Origin: Candidatus Latescibacterota bacterium
GTDB lineage: Bacteria > Latescibacterota > UBA2968 > GCA-2709665
Assembly: GCA_965116875.1 (NCBI GenBank)
Contig: OZ220733.1
Span: 4,128,001 to 4,192,000, forward strand
Length of the DNA: 64,000 bases
Direction of reading: 5' to 3'
A model generated the notes under the pieces. That model had not been told where the DNA came from, searched no databases, and saw only the letters and a program-made list of their open reading frames with translations. Made by a program: the position numbers and the translations under genes. Shown here piece by piece: positions 55,651-64,000 of this stretch (positions are counted from its first letter, which is position 1; each line of letters starts with the position of its first letter).

Positions 55651-58332
55651 ATGCGAGAGCAGGCCGTGTTCGAAAAAAAATACGATCCGGGGTCTGTCGA
55701 AAGGACCTGGTACGCCTTCTGGGAGGAAAAGGGCTATTTCAAGCCGGAATACCGGTCTGGGGGTAAGCCGTTTTCTGTCACGATTCCCCCGCCTAACGTC
55801 ACGGGAGAACTCCACATGGGGCATGCGCTTCAGCATGCGATCCATGATGCAGTGGTGCGATGGAAGCGCATGCAGGGGCATCGAACGCTCTGCCTGCCGG
55901 GCACCGACCACGCCGGAATCGCAACCCAGATGAAGGTGGAACAGCAGTTGTTCGAGGAAGAAGGAAAGGGTCGCCACGACATTGGCCGGGACGAGATGTT
56001 AAAGCGTATCGTGGCCTGGAAACAGGAATACGGAGGAACGATTTTAAACCAGCTCCGGGAAATGGGTTGCAGCTATGACTGGGGCCGTGAACGGTACACA
56101 ATGGAAAGCGGCTACGCCCGCGCGGTTCTGTTCGCTTTTGTGAAGTTCTATGAGCGGGGATGGATCTACCGCGGCAAGCGTATGGTCAACTGGTGTCCAA
56201 GGTGCGGCACCGTTATCTCCGACCTCGAGGTGGAGGATCGGGAGAACGAGGGACATCTATGGCATATTCGATATCCGGGCCTGGAAGGCCGGCCCGACGT
56301 GGTGGTTGCAACGACGCGCCCGGAAACGATGCTGGGCGACACAGGTGTGGCGGTTCATCCCGATGACCGGCGCTGGCAGCGTGCAGTCGGCGGACGCGTC
56401 ATGTTGCCGCTGATGGAACGCCCGGTCCCGATCGTTGCCGACAGCTATGCGGATCCGGAGATGGGCAGCGGAGCTGTAAAGGTGACCCCCGCGCACGATC
56501 CAAATGACTACGAGATCGGATTGCGACATGGGTTGCCGGAGATACAGGTAATCGGATTCGGCGGAGAGATGACCGGGGAAGCCGGTACATACAGTGGTAT
56601 GGACCGGTTCGCCTGCCGAAAAGCGGTGATTTCGGACCTGAAGGAGTCAGGTCTTCTCGAGCGAATCGAGGAGTACCGGCACATGGTGCCTCACCACGAC
56701 AAATGTGGCACCTCCATCGAGCCGCTGCCGATGGACCAGTGGTTTCTGGCCATGAAGTCCCTGGCGAAACAGGCGCTGCCCACCCTGAAAGAACAGGAGA
56801 TCAGGTACGTGCCGGATCGATTCCGGGCGTATTCGATCGATTGGCTCGAGAACATCCAGGACTGGTGCATCTCCCGTCAGATCTGGTGGGGACACCGAAT
56901 TCCGGTGTGGACCTGCGAGGATTGCGGGGAGATGCTGGTTCGTGTGGATGCGCCCGCAGCCTGTGACGCGTGCGGCGGCCGAAACCTTGTGCAGGATCCC
57001 GACGTTCTCGATACCTGGTTCTCTTCGGCCCTATGGCCCTTCGCCACCCTCGGATGGCCGGAGCCGGCTGAAGATCTGAAGGAGTTCCATCCGACCGACC
57101 TGATGATTACCGGCAGGGATATCCTCTACCTGTGGGTGGCGCGGATGATCATGACGGCCGTCGAGTTCGTGGATGAGATCCCTTTTGGTACGGTTCTGGT
57201 GCATCCGACCGTCCAGACCCGTGACGGCAAGCGAATGAGCAAGTCGCTGGGTACCGGAATCGATCCCAGGGAACTGATCGAGCGATACGGCGCCGACGCG
57301 ACGCGTCTGTCCCTGCTCTACCAGTGCGGCAGTTCGCAGGACATTCGTTTCGACGCCGACGTCGTGGATAACCGCTTGCAGGAATCACCCATAACGGAGT
57401 CCTGCAGGAATTTCTGCAACAAGGTCTGGAACGCGGCGAGGTTCGTTCAGATGAACCTGGAAGGATACGACCTCGCGGACATGCCGCCGCCGCTTGCCGA
57501 AGACGCCGCGGACCGGTGGATTCTCAGCCAGTACAACCGCACGGTGCATGCGGTGACGGCGTCTCTGGAGGCCTATCGTTTTGACGAAGCATGCAGGATG
57601 CTCTACGAATTCGTGTGGAATGCGTATTGCGACTGGTATCTTGAGATCGCGAAGGTCCGGCTGAGCGCAGGCGCTCCGGAAGCGGCAGCGATGACGCGGC
57701 GCAACCTCGTCCACGTACTGGAGGGATCGCTGCGGCTGTTGCATCCAATGGCGCCGTTCATCTCCGAAGCGCTGTGGCAGCAACTTCCACATACGGGAGC
57801 GGCGCTGATTGTCGCAAAGTGGCCAGAGGCGGACCCGGGCCGATTCGACGAAACGGCGGAGCGCGAGATGGCACTCCTGCAGGCGGTCGTGGGTGCAGTA
57901 CGGAATATACGGGGCACGATGCGGGTGCCGCCCGGCAGGCGCGCGGACCTCCTCCTGAAGGTGAGTTCGCACGAAGTCGGAGACGTCCTGACCCGTTTCG
58001 AGGTTGATCTCCGAACGCTGGCCAGGGTTGCGGATCTTCGTATCGGCGCGGACGTCGTCAGGCCTGCGGCTTCTGCCAGCGCCGTGTTGAAGGACGTGGA
58101 GATCTTTGTGCCCTTACAGGGTCTCATCGATCTGGAAGTCGAGCGCCGGCGTCTGCAGAAGGAGATCGAAAAGCTGGAGAAACTGCTCGGCGGGCTTGAC
58201 AGGAAACTCGGGAACTCAGGTTTCCTGGACAACGCGCCCTCCGAGGTGATTGACAGGGAAAGGGTACGTCACGCAGAGGTTTCGAGTGCGCTGGGCAGGT
58301 TGAACGAGAATCTCGCCGCTGTCATGCCATGA
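55651..58332 (+). CDS. valS: Valine--tRNA ligase
   Basis: PPPNVTGELHMGH, DHAGIATQ, DWCISRQIWWGH, DTWFSS, RMSKS. Confidence 0.97.
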   Translation: MREQAVFEKKYDPGSVERTWYAFWEEKGYFKPEYRSGGKPFSVTIPPPNVTGELHMGHALQHAIHDAVVRWKRMQGHRTLCLPGTDHAGIATQMKVEQQLFEEEGKGRHDIGRDEMLKRIVAWKQEYGGTILNQLREMGCSYDWGRERYTMESGYARAVLFAFVKFYERGWIYRGKRMVNWCPRCGTVISDLEVEDRENEGHLWHIRYPGLEGRPDVVVATTRPETMLGDTGVAVHPDDRRWQRAVGGRVMLPLMERPVPIVADSYADPEMGSGAVKVTPAHDPNDYEIGLRHGLPEIQVIGFGGEMTGEAGTYSGMDRFACRKAVISDLKESGLLERIEEYRHMVPHHDKCGTSIEPLPMDQWFLAMKSLAKQALPTLKEQEIRYVPDRFRAYSIDWLENIQDWCISRQIWWGHRIPVWTCEDCGEMLVRVDAPAACDACGGRNLVQDPDVLDTWFSSALWPFATLGWPEPAEDLKEFHPTDLMITGRDILYLWVARMIMTAVEFVDEIPFGTVLVHPTVQTRDGKRMSKSLGTGIDPRELIERYGADATRLSLLYQCGSSQDIRFDADVVDNRLQESPITESCRNFCNKVWNAARFVQMNLEGYDLADMPPPLAEDAADRWILSQYNRTVHAVTASLEAYRFDEACRMLYEFVWNAYCDWYLEIAKVRLSAGAPEAAAMTRRNLVHVLEGSLRLLHPMAPFISEALWQQLPHTGAALIVAKWPEADPGRFDETAEREMALLQAVVGAVRNIRGTMRVPPGRRADLLLKVSSHEVGDVLTRFEVDLRTLARVADLRIGADVVRPAASASAVLKDVEIFVPLQGLIDLEVERRRLQKEIEKLEKLLGGLDRKLGNSGFLDNAPSEVIDRERVRHAEVSSALGRLNENLAAVMP

Positions 58333-58445
58333 TGGGCCCGACCACAGACCCAAATGGCATGTCCTTAACACATCACGGTGTGATTCCGAGTCACGGAGCA
58401 GCAACGGTTCGCCACCGGCGAATCGACCCGGTCAGGTGATATTCG

Positions 58446-60620
58446 ATGAGATTCAGGATCGGCAAGGTGTTGAGATACTACTCGCGGCGCGTTTTGCTCT
58501 ATTGCGGTATTTGCGTGCTGGTTTACGCCGGCGTCGCGGGAGGCGTGGTGCTTCGTTTCAAGGATGAACTGCCTTCCTTTACGCAACTGGAAGAGGTGGA
58601 GCCGGCGCGCACCACCAGCATCATTTCCACCGATGGAGCGGTGCTGAAGCGGTTCTGGGTGGAGAATCGTGTGCCCATATCGTACAGCGAGATACCGGAG
58701 GCCGCAATATCGGCACTGACCGCAACGGAGGACCAGCTCTTCTGGCGGCATTGGGGCGTGAGCCTTCCCGATATTTTCCGCGCCGTCTTGCGTAACCTGA
58801 CGCAGGAGGGAAGTCTCAAGGGGCACGGCGCCAGCACGATTACGCAACAACTTGCCCGCAATCTGTTTCTGGACCGGAAGCAGACCTGGACGCGAAAGGT
58901 GAAGGAGCAGTTGACGGCCGTGCTGCTCGAGCGGACGTACACGAAACGTGAAATCGTCGAGATCTATTTCAATAAGGTGCTGTTCGGCAATGGCGCTTAC
59001 GGTCTTCAGTCCGCTGCGGAGCGGTTTTTCGGCAAAAACGCGGGTGAGTTGGCGCTGGAGGAGTGCGCGCTGCTGGTCGGTCTGCTGAGAGGACCCTATT
59101 TCTATTCACCAATCAACCATCCCCGACGGGCGAGAGACAGGCGCGACCTGGTCCTTCGTTTAATGCGAAATACGGGTCAGATCAGCCAGGCGAAGTTTCT
59201 TTCCGCTGTGCAGCGACCCATCGTACTGAAAGATACCAGGGTTGAAGAGATCGGCGAAGCGCCTTATTTCACGGAGTACATCCGACGATATCTGGAGAAG
59301 AATTACGGCTGGAATCTCCTCTACAAGGACGGCGCTTCAGTCTATTCGACCGTGGACAGCCGAATCCAGTCCATTGCGGAGAAGACCCTGCTGGACCATC
59401 TGGAAGTCGTGCAGAAGCGGGTGGATGCCAGACGACGGCGGAGCAGACCGGATACGGCGTTCTGGGCTGGTATCCATACGCTGGAAGACTCCCTCAGGGC
59501 TTCCGTGGTTCAGGGCGCCCTGGTTGCCATGGACACCCGCACGGGACACATTCTCGCCATGGTGGGCGGTCGCGACTTCACCGAGACCAAGTTCAACCGG
59601 GCGGTTCAGGCGCTGCGCCAGCCTGGATCGGCCTTCAAGCCAATCATATACGCGTCGGCGGTTGCGCAGAAGATCCCGCCCACGCGCCGGTATCCCGACA
59701 CGGCAGTTACCGTAGAGATGTTCGACGGCAGCCTGTGGCGACCGCAGAACTACGATCGAAAGTTCCTGGGCTGGATGACGATGCGTGAAGGTCTGGCCAT
59801 GTCGCGGAACGTGGTAACCACGAAGATTCTGGAAGACATCGGCCCCCGCTCCGCCGTGCGACAGGCCCGGCGAATGGGAATTACGAGCAGGATCCGGGCC
59901 GTGAAATCCCTCGGCATGGGTACGAGTGAAGTTAAACTGATCGACCTGGCGGCCGCCTACGGCACGTTCCCCAACGGAGGTATCCGCGTGGAGCCGGTTG
60001 CCATCCTGAAGATCACGGACAAAGATGGAAACGTTATCGAGAGCCGGGTTCAGGGTAGAGAGCAGGAGGCACTGAGCGCGGAAGCGGCCGCCGTGGCAAC
60101 GAGTATGCTCCGGTCCGTAATGGACATGTATAAGCAGACCTCCAAAGGTGTCTGGCGCGGCACCGGTACGGGCGCGCGATCGTACTACGGGTTTCGGCGA
60201 CCGGCGGCGGGCAAAACGGGAACCACCCAGAACTTCGCGGACGCGTGGTTCGTAGGTTTCACGCCGCAGATCGTGGCCGGCGTATGGGTAGGATTCGACG
60301 ACTATCGGGTCTCCCTGGGAAGCAGGATGTCGGGTGCTGCCGTTGCGCTTCCGGTTTGGGCGAAATTCATGAAGAAAGCACATCAGACACTCGGATTGCC
60401 CAAAGAGGAATTCGAACTGCCTCCGGGCGTCGCCCAATTGGAGGTATGCGGCGATACGTTTGAGGTGGCGTCCATGTATTGTCCGAATCGCCTTGAAGAA
60501 GTGTTTGTGCCCGGTTCCGAACCGACGTCTCCCTGTCCGGACCACACGGCGGCGGTGGTCAGGCGTCCCGGATTGAAGAAGCAGGAACGTGAAAACGCAA
60601 AACGGGCATATCAATTCTGA
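58446..60620 (+). CDS. Class A penicillin-binding protein (PBP1A)
   Basis: TEDQLF, GASTITQQLARN, QPGSAFK, SRN, GKTGT. Confidence 0.95.
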   Translation: MRFRIGKVLRYYSRRVLLYCGICVLVYAGVAGGVVLRFKDELPSFTQLEEVEPARTTSIISTDGAVLKRFWVENRVPISYSEIPEAAISALTATEDQLFWRHWGVSLPDIFRAVLRNLTQEGSLKGHGASTITQQLARNLFLDRKQTWTRKVKEQLTAVLLERTYTKREIVEIYFNKVLFGNGAYGLQSAAERFFGKNAGELALEECALLVGLLRGPYFYSPINHPRRARDRRDLVLRLMRNTGQISQAKFLSAVQRPIVLKDTRVEEIGEAPYFTEYIRRYLEKNYGWNLLYKDGASVYSTVDSRIQSIAEKTLLDHLEVVQKRVDARRRRSRPDTAFWAGIHTLEDSLRASVVQGALVAMDTRTGHILAMVGGRDFTETKFNRAVQALRQPGSAFKPIIYASAVAQKIPPTRRYPDTAVTVEMFDGSLWRPQNYDRKFLGWMTMREGLAMSRNVVTTKILEDIGPRSAVRQARRMGITSRIRAVKSLGMGTSEVKLIDLAAAYGTFPNGGIRVEPVAILKITDKDGNVIESRVQGREQEALSAEAAAVATSMLRSVMDMYKQTSKGVWRGTGTGARSYYGFRRPAAGKTGTTQNFADAWFVGFTPQIVAGVWVGFDDYRVSLGSRMSGAAVALPVWAKFMKKAHQTLGLPKEEFELPPGVAQLEVCGDTFEVASMYCPNRLEEVFVPGSEPTSPCPDHTAAVVRRPGLKKQERENAKRAYQF

Positions 60621-60678
60621 ATGAACCACCCGGTCCGCGCTCAATCTGCCAGTGTGACCCGACCAGGACGGATTACAA

Positions 60679-60712
60679 AAAGCCCGGCGATATCATCGCC
60701 GGGCTTTGTTTT
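60679..60712. terminator. Bidirectional terminator between PBP1A and secDF
   Basis: aaagcccggcgat-atc-atcgccgggcttt flanked by A/T tracts. Confidence 0.8.
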
Positions 60713-60730
60713 CCGATCCGGACTTCCAGT

Positions 60731-63283
60731 CTATGCTCTCGCGCGGCGGGCGGCGGAGCCCGCGGCCTCTTTCCGGCGATCCAGGGCATTCTGCCAGACC
60801 AGCACCAGCGGACTTGCCACGAACGAAGAGGAGTAGGTTCCGACGATGACCCCGATCATCAGAGCAAAGGCAAAGTCACGAATGACCTCCCCGCCAAGGA
60901 GCAGCAGGCCCAGGACAACGAGCAGCGTTGTGCCGGAGGTGAGTACCGTACGATTCAGGCTTTCGTTGATACTCCGGTTGATGACCTCCATCGAACTGTC
61001 TCGTCGATAGAGCTTTCGATTCTCCCGAATACGGTCGTAGACCACAATGGTGTCGTTCAGTGAGTACCCGACGATCGTTAGCAACGCTGCCACAATGGCG
61101 AGCGATATCTCCTTATCCATCAGGGAAAAGACGCCCAGGGTGATCAGAACGTCGTGGAAAAGCGCCACCACCGCGGCGATACCGAACTGGATCTGCTTGA
61201 AGCGCCACCAGATGTAAAGGACGATCAGTATCAGAGAGACCAGGATGGCATTGACCGCGTTCTGTTTGAGTTCGCTGCCGATCTTGGGCCCAACCGCCTC
61301 CTGTCGCCGCAGCCACTGCGTCGGATCGGGAATGCTGTACGCAAATTCCGATTTGAGCGTGTTCTTAATGGCGTCAGCGGTGACCGTCCCTTCCGCTTCC
61401 TCCTCGACGCGAATAAGTATGTCGGAAGCCGGACCGAAGACCTTGATCTCGCTGTGTCTGAGGTCGCGTCTTTCACCCTTGACGTCCACGTCCTGAAGGG
61501 CATCCCTCAGGTTGGCGACCTCTACAGGGGGATTGAAGTGCAATTCAAGCAGCGTGCCACCGGCGAAGTCGATGCCGAGGTTGTAGCCGCCCTTCGTAAT
61601 CGTGGAGCCCAGGCCAATCAGGATCAGAAACGTTGACAGTACGAACGCCGCCTTGCGCAGACTGAGGAAGTCGAACGATGGCCGGCGGAATACGGTCAGT
61701 CTGCCGATGCTGATGGAGGTGAGCTGCCAGCGATTGATTGCGATGTTGAAGAGGGTACGGGTGACGAACAATGCGGTGAACATGCTGCAGAGGATACCCA
61801 CCATGAGCGTCAGCGCGAAGCCCCGGATGGGCCCCGTACCGAACTGGTAGAGTACGACGGCGGTGATGATCGTGGTAATGTTGGCGTCGACAATGGTGAG
61901 CAGGGCTCTGCCGTACCCGTCTTCCACCGCGACGCGGACGGTCTTGCCGTTACGCAACTCTTCGCGGATACGCTCGAAGATCAGCACGTTGGCGTCGACT
62001 GCCATACCGATAGTCAGGATGATACCGGCGATTCCGGGCAGGGTGAGCGTGCCGCCGAAACCGGCGAGGACCGCCATCACGAACACGAGATTCAGGAACA
62101 GCGCAAAATTGGCGACGATCCCGGAGAGGCCGTAATAAAGAATCATGAATACCATAACAACGGCCAGGCCGATCAGGGCAGCCTTCCGACCCTGCTCGAT
62201 TGAGTCCCGTCCGAGCGAAGGACCTACCGTTCGGTCTTCGACAATCGGCGCGTTGGCCGGAAGGGCGCCCGCCCGCAGCACGATGGCGAGGTCCTTTGCT
62301 TCCTCCAGGTCTCCGCTGCCTTCGATGATGGAGCGCCCGTCGCGGATTTTCGCCCGAATCGTAGGCGCCGAGTACACCTGGTCATCGAGAATGATGGCCA
62401 TGCGTTCTTCGAGGTGGGCGCCGGTTACCCGGGAGAAGAGTTTGATGCCGTCGTTCGTGGTGGTGAAATTGATGATGGGCTGGCCCGCATTTTCAAAACT
62501 CTGACCCTTGGTCACCTTGGCGTCCTGGACGATTTCGCCGGTCATTTCGATACGTTTATACAGGTAGTACAGCCGGCGGTACCTCTGACCATCGCCGAAT
62601 TCCTCCACCTCGTTTCCCCAGAGGAACTGGGTATCGTCCGGAATGAGATCCCGGATCTCCGGATCTTCGAACAGAAGGGCCTTTACGGTCTGAATCCGGT
62701 CTGCCGGTACAACCATGTCCTCACCAAGCGCGAGAACATACCGTTTGATCGACGGTCTCTCGTCATCGGCCTCTTCCTCGAAGAGGCCGGCGGCGTCCTT
62801 TCGCGTCGAGTCTTCCGGAGCCCGTGCGGCCAGACGCGACTCGATTCGGTCGACAAGCCGGGAGCGGTCGAGTACCGGAGCCAGAATCTTGAACTCGAGC
62901 CGGGCCTGGGTCTGGATGAGGTTCTTGGCCCGCTCCACGTCCTGAACACCGGGCAGTTCGACCACGATACGCCATTCGCCCTCCCGGTGAATAATCGGTT
63001 CGGCCACACCGAACTGATCGACCCGGTTGGTGATGATCTCCTTGACGCGATCGACGACGTCCGCCCGTTCGTCTTCGGAAAGTCCGGTTGGATCCACTTC
63101 GAGGACCAGATGGATTCCTCCCTGGAGATCCAGCCCCAGGTTGACGGCTTCCCGTTTGACGGCTTCGAGTCTGTCTGGATCCGAAGGCGGGTCGAAATAG
63201 TACCGGTACGTGGGGAAAAGGTAATAGACGGCCAGCAGTATTGTCGCGAGGATGATCAGGATGCGGACGTTGTCTTTTTTCAT
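60731..63283 (-). CDS. secDF: Fused protein translocase subunit SecDF
   Basis: LGLDLQGG, GMAVDANVLIFERIREE, GIDFAGG, GYSLNDTIVVYDRIRE. Confidence 0.96.
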   Translation of the reverse strand: MKKDNVRILIILATILLAVYYLFPTYRYYFDPPSDPDRLEAVKREAVNLGLDLQGGIHLVLEVDPTGLSEDERADVVDRVKEIITNRVDQFGVAEPIIHREGEWRIVVELPGVQDVERAKNLIQTQARLEFKILAPVLDRSRLVDRIESRLAARAPEDSTRKDAAGLFEEEADDERPSIKRYVLALGEDMVVPADRIQTVKALLFEDPEIRDLIPDDTQFLWGNEVEEFGDGQRYRRLYYLYKRIEMTGEIVQDAKVTKGQSFENAGQPIINFTTTNDGIKLFSRVTGAHLEERMAIILDDQVYSAPTIRAKIRDGRSIIEGSGDLEEAKDLAIVLRAGALPANAPIVEDRTVGPSLGRDSIEQGRKAALIGLAVVMVFMILYYGLSGIVANFALFLNLVFVMAVLAGFGGTLTLPGIAGIILTIGMAVDANVLIFERIREELRNGKTVRVAVEDGYGRALLTIVDANITTIITAVVLYQFGTGPIRGFALTLMVGILCSMFTALFVTRTLFNIAINRWQLTSISIGRLTVFRRPSFDFLSLRKAAFVLSTFLILIGLGSTITKGGYNLGIDFAGGTLLELHFNPPVEVANLRDALQDVDVKGERRDLRHSEIKVFGPASDILIRVEEEAEGTVTADAIKNTLKSEFAYSIPDPTQWLRRQEAVGPKIGSELKQNAVNAILVSLILIVLYIWWRFKQIQFGIAAVVALFHDVLITLGVFSLMDKEISLAIVAALLTIVGYSLNDTIVVYDRIRENRKLYRRDSSMEVINRSINESLNRTVLTSGTTLLVVLGLLLLGGEVIRDFAFALMIGVIVGTYSSSFVASPLVLVWQNALDRRKEAAGSAARRARA

Positions 63284-63368
63284 TATTGAATCTTGACTCC
63301 TGTAAACGCTTCGGCTCCGGTTACGGGATGGCGTCGGCCTGCAACGTCGTTCCCCTGGGCACGACGAT

Positions 63369-64000
63369 CTACTTCTGCCGGTCGACCACGTGTCGCACGG
63401 CGAGTTCCAGGGCGTTCCGCGCTTCCGACGATTTCAGTTTCGCCAGGCTCTTCAGGCCGGAGGACGCGTATTCCCGCGCTTCCCGGCGGGCGGCCTTGAT
63501 ACCGTCGTAACGCCTGACGAAGCGGAAGACTTCCTGGAGCTCGGCATCGGACTGTATGCCGTTTTGCACCTTTGTCTGGATCTTCTCGGCATCGCCGTTG
63601 GGACAATTGGCAATCGCGCGAATCAGCGGCAACGTCAGTTTTCTCTCGCGCACGTCGGTCCCGACCGGTTTGCCGAGAGACGCTTCGTCGCCGATGAAGT
63701 CCAGGAGATCGTCGGTAATCTGGAAGGCGATTCCCACTTCCTGTCCGAACGTGGACATCCGTGAGACCTGTTCGGGTGTCCCGCCCCCCAGAATGGCGCC
63801 AACCTCGCAGGAAAGGGCCATCAGCGACGCGGTCTTCTTGTCGATCATCTTGAAGTAGCGCGCGGCCTCCGCGTCGTTTCCACTTTCCACCTCGAGGATC
63901 TCGCCTTCGATCATCCGGCTCACGGCTCGCGTCGCGGCTCGCATCACGTCCATGGAATCCAGGCCGACCAGCAGTTGCAAAGCCCTGGCCAGAAGAAAAT
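63369..64000 (-). CDS. Polyprenyl diphosphate synthase (partial, 5' end outside the window)
   Basis: EGEI, KKTASL, GIAFQITDDLLD, GKPVGTD..KLTLP. Confidence 0.9.
   Translation of the reverse strand, partial: FLLARALQLLVGLDSMDVMRAATRAVSRMIEGEILEVESGNDAEAARYFKMIDKKTASLMALSCEVGAILGGGTPEQVSRMSTFGQEVGIAFQITDDLLDFIGDEASLGKPVGTDVRERKLTLPLIRAIANCPNGDAEKIQTKVQNGIQSDAELQEVFRFVRRYDGIKAARREAREYASSGLKSLAKLKSSEARNALELAVRHVVDRQK

Overview
GC-rich bacterial chromosomal segment. The rRNA signatures and dockerin/EF-hand-like C-terminal domains suggest an FCB-related lineage such as Latescibacterota (inference, not verified). It is mostly housekeeping genes: nadA, trxA, holA, purM, folP, ftsH, tilS, a complete 16S-tRNA-Ile-tRNA-Ala-23S-5S operon, an EF-G paralog, yebC-ruvCAB-tsaB-rimI-holB-metG-tatD-rsmA-ilvE-proC-hisHF-proB-ftsB-recO-valS-PBP1A, secDF and a polyprenyl synthase. 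Accessory genes are a TonB receptor/DUF4249 pair, an ABC exporter and several oxidoreductases. The standout is a minus-strand four-gene operon at 22996-27149: TlpA-type redoxin, DUF6029-like outer-membrane barrel with a C-terminal CxxxxC, and two tandem paralogous exported redoxins. The ORF track splits the two redoxins because each has an in-frame TGA at the first position of the redox motif (UPTC, UDLC), followed by SECIS-like hairpins. They are therefore putative selenoproteins fused to an Ig-like domain and a dockerin/EF-hand-like tail. Other oddities: divergent universal rRNA sites, MITE-like palindromes, a VapC remnant, a frameshifted rsmA and a likely catalytically dead alpha/beta-hydrolase lipoprotein.
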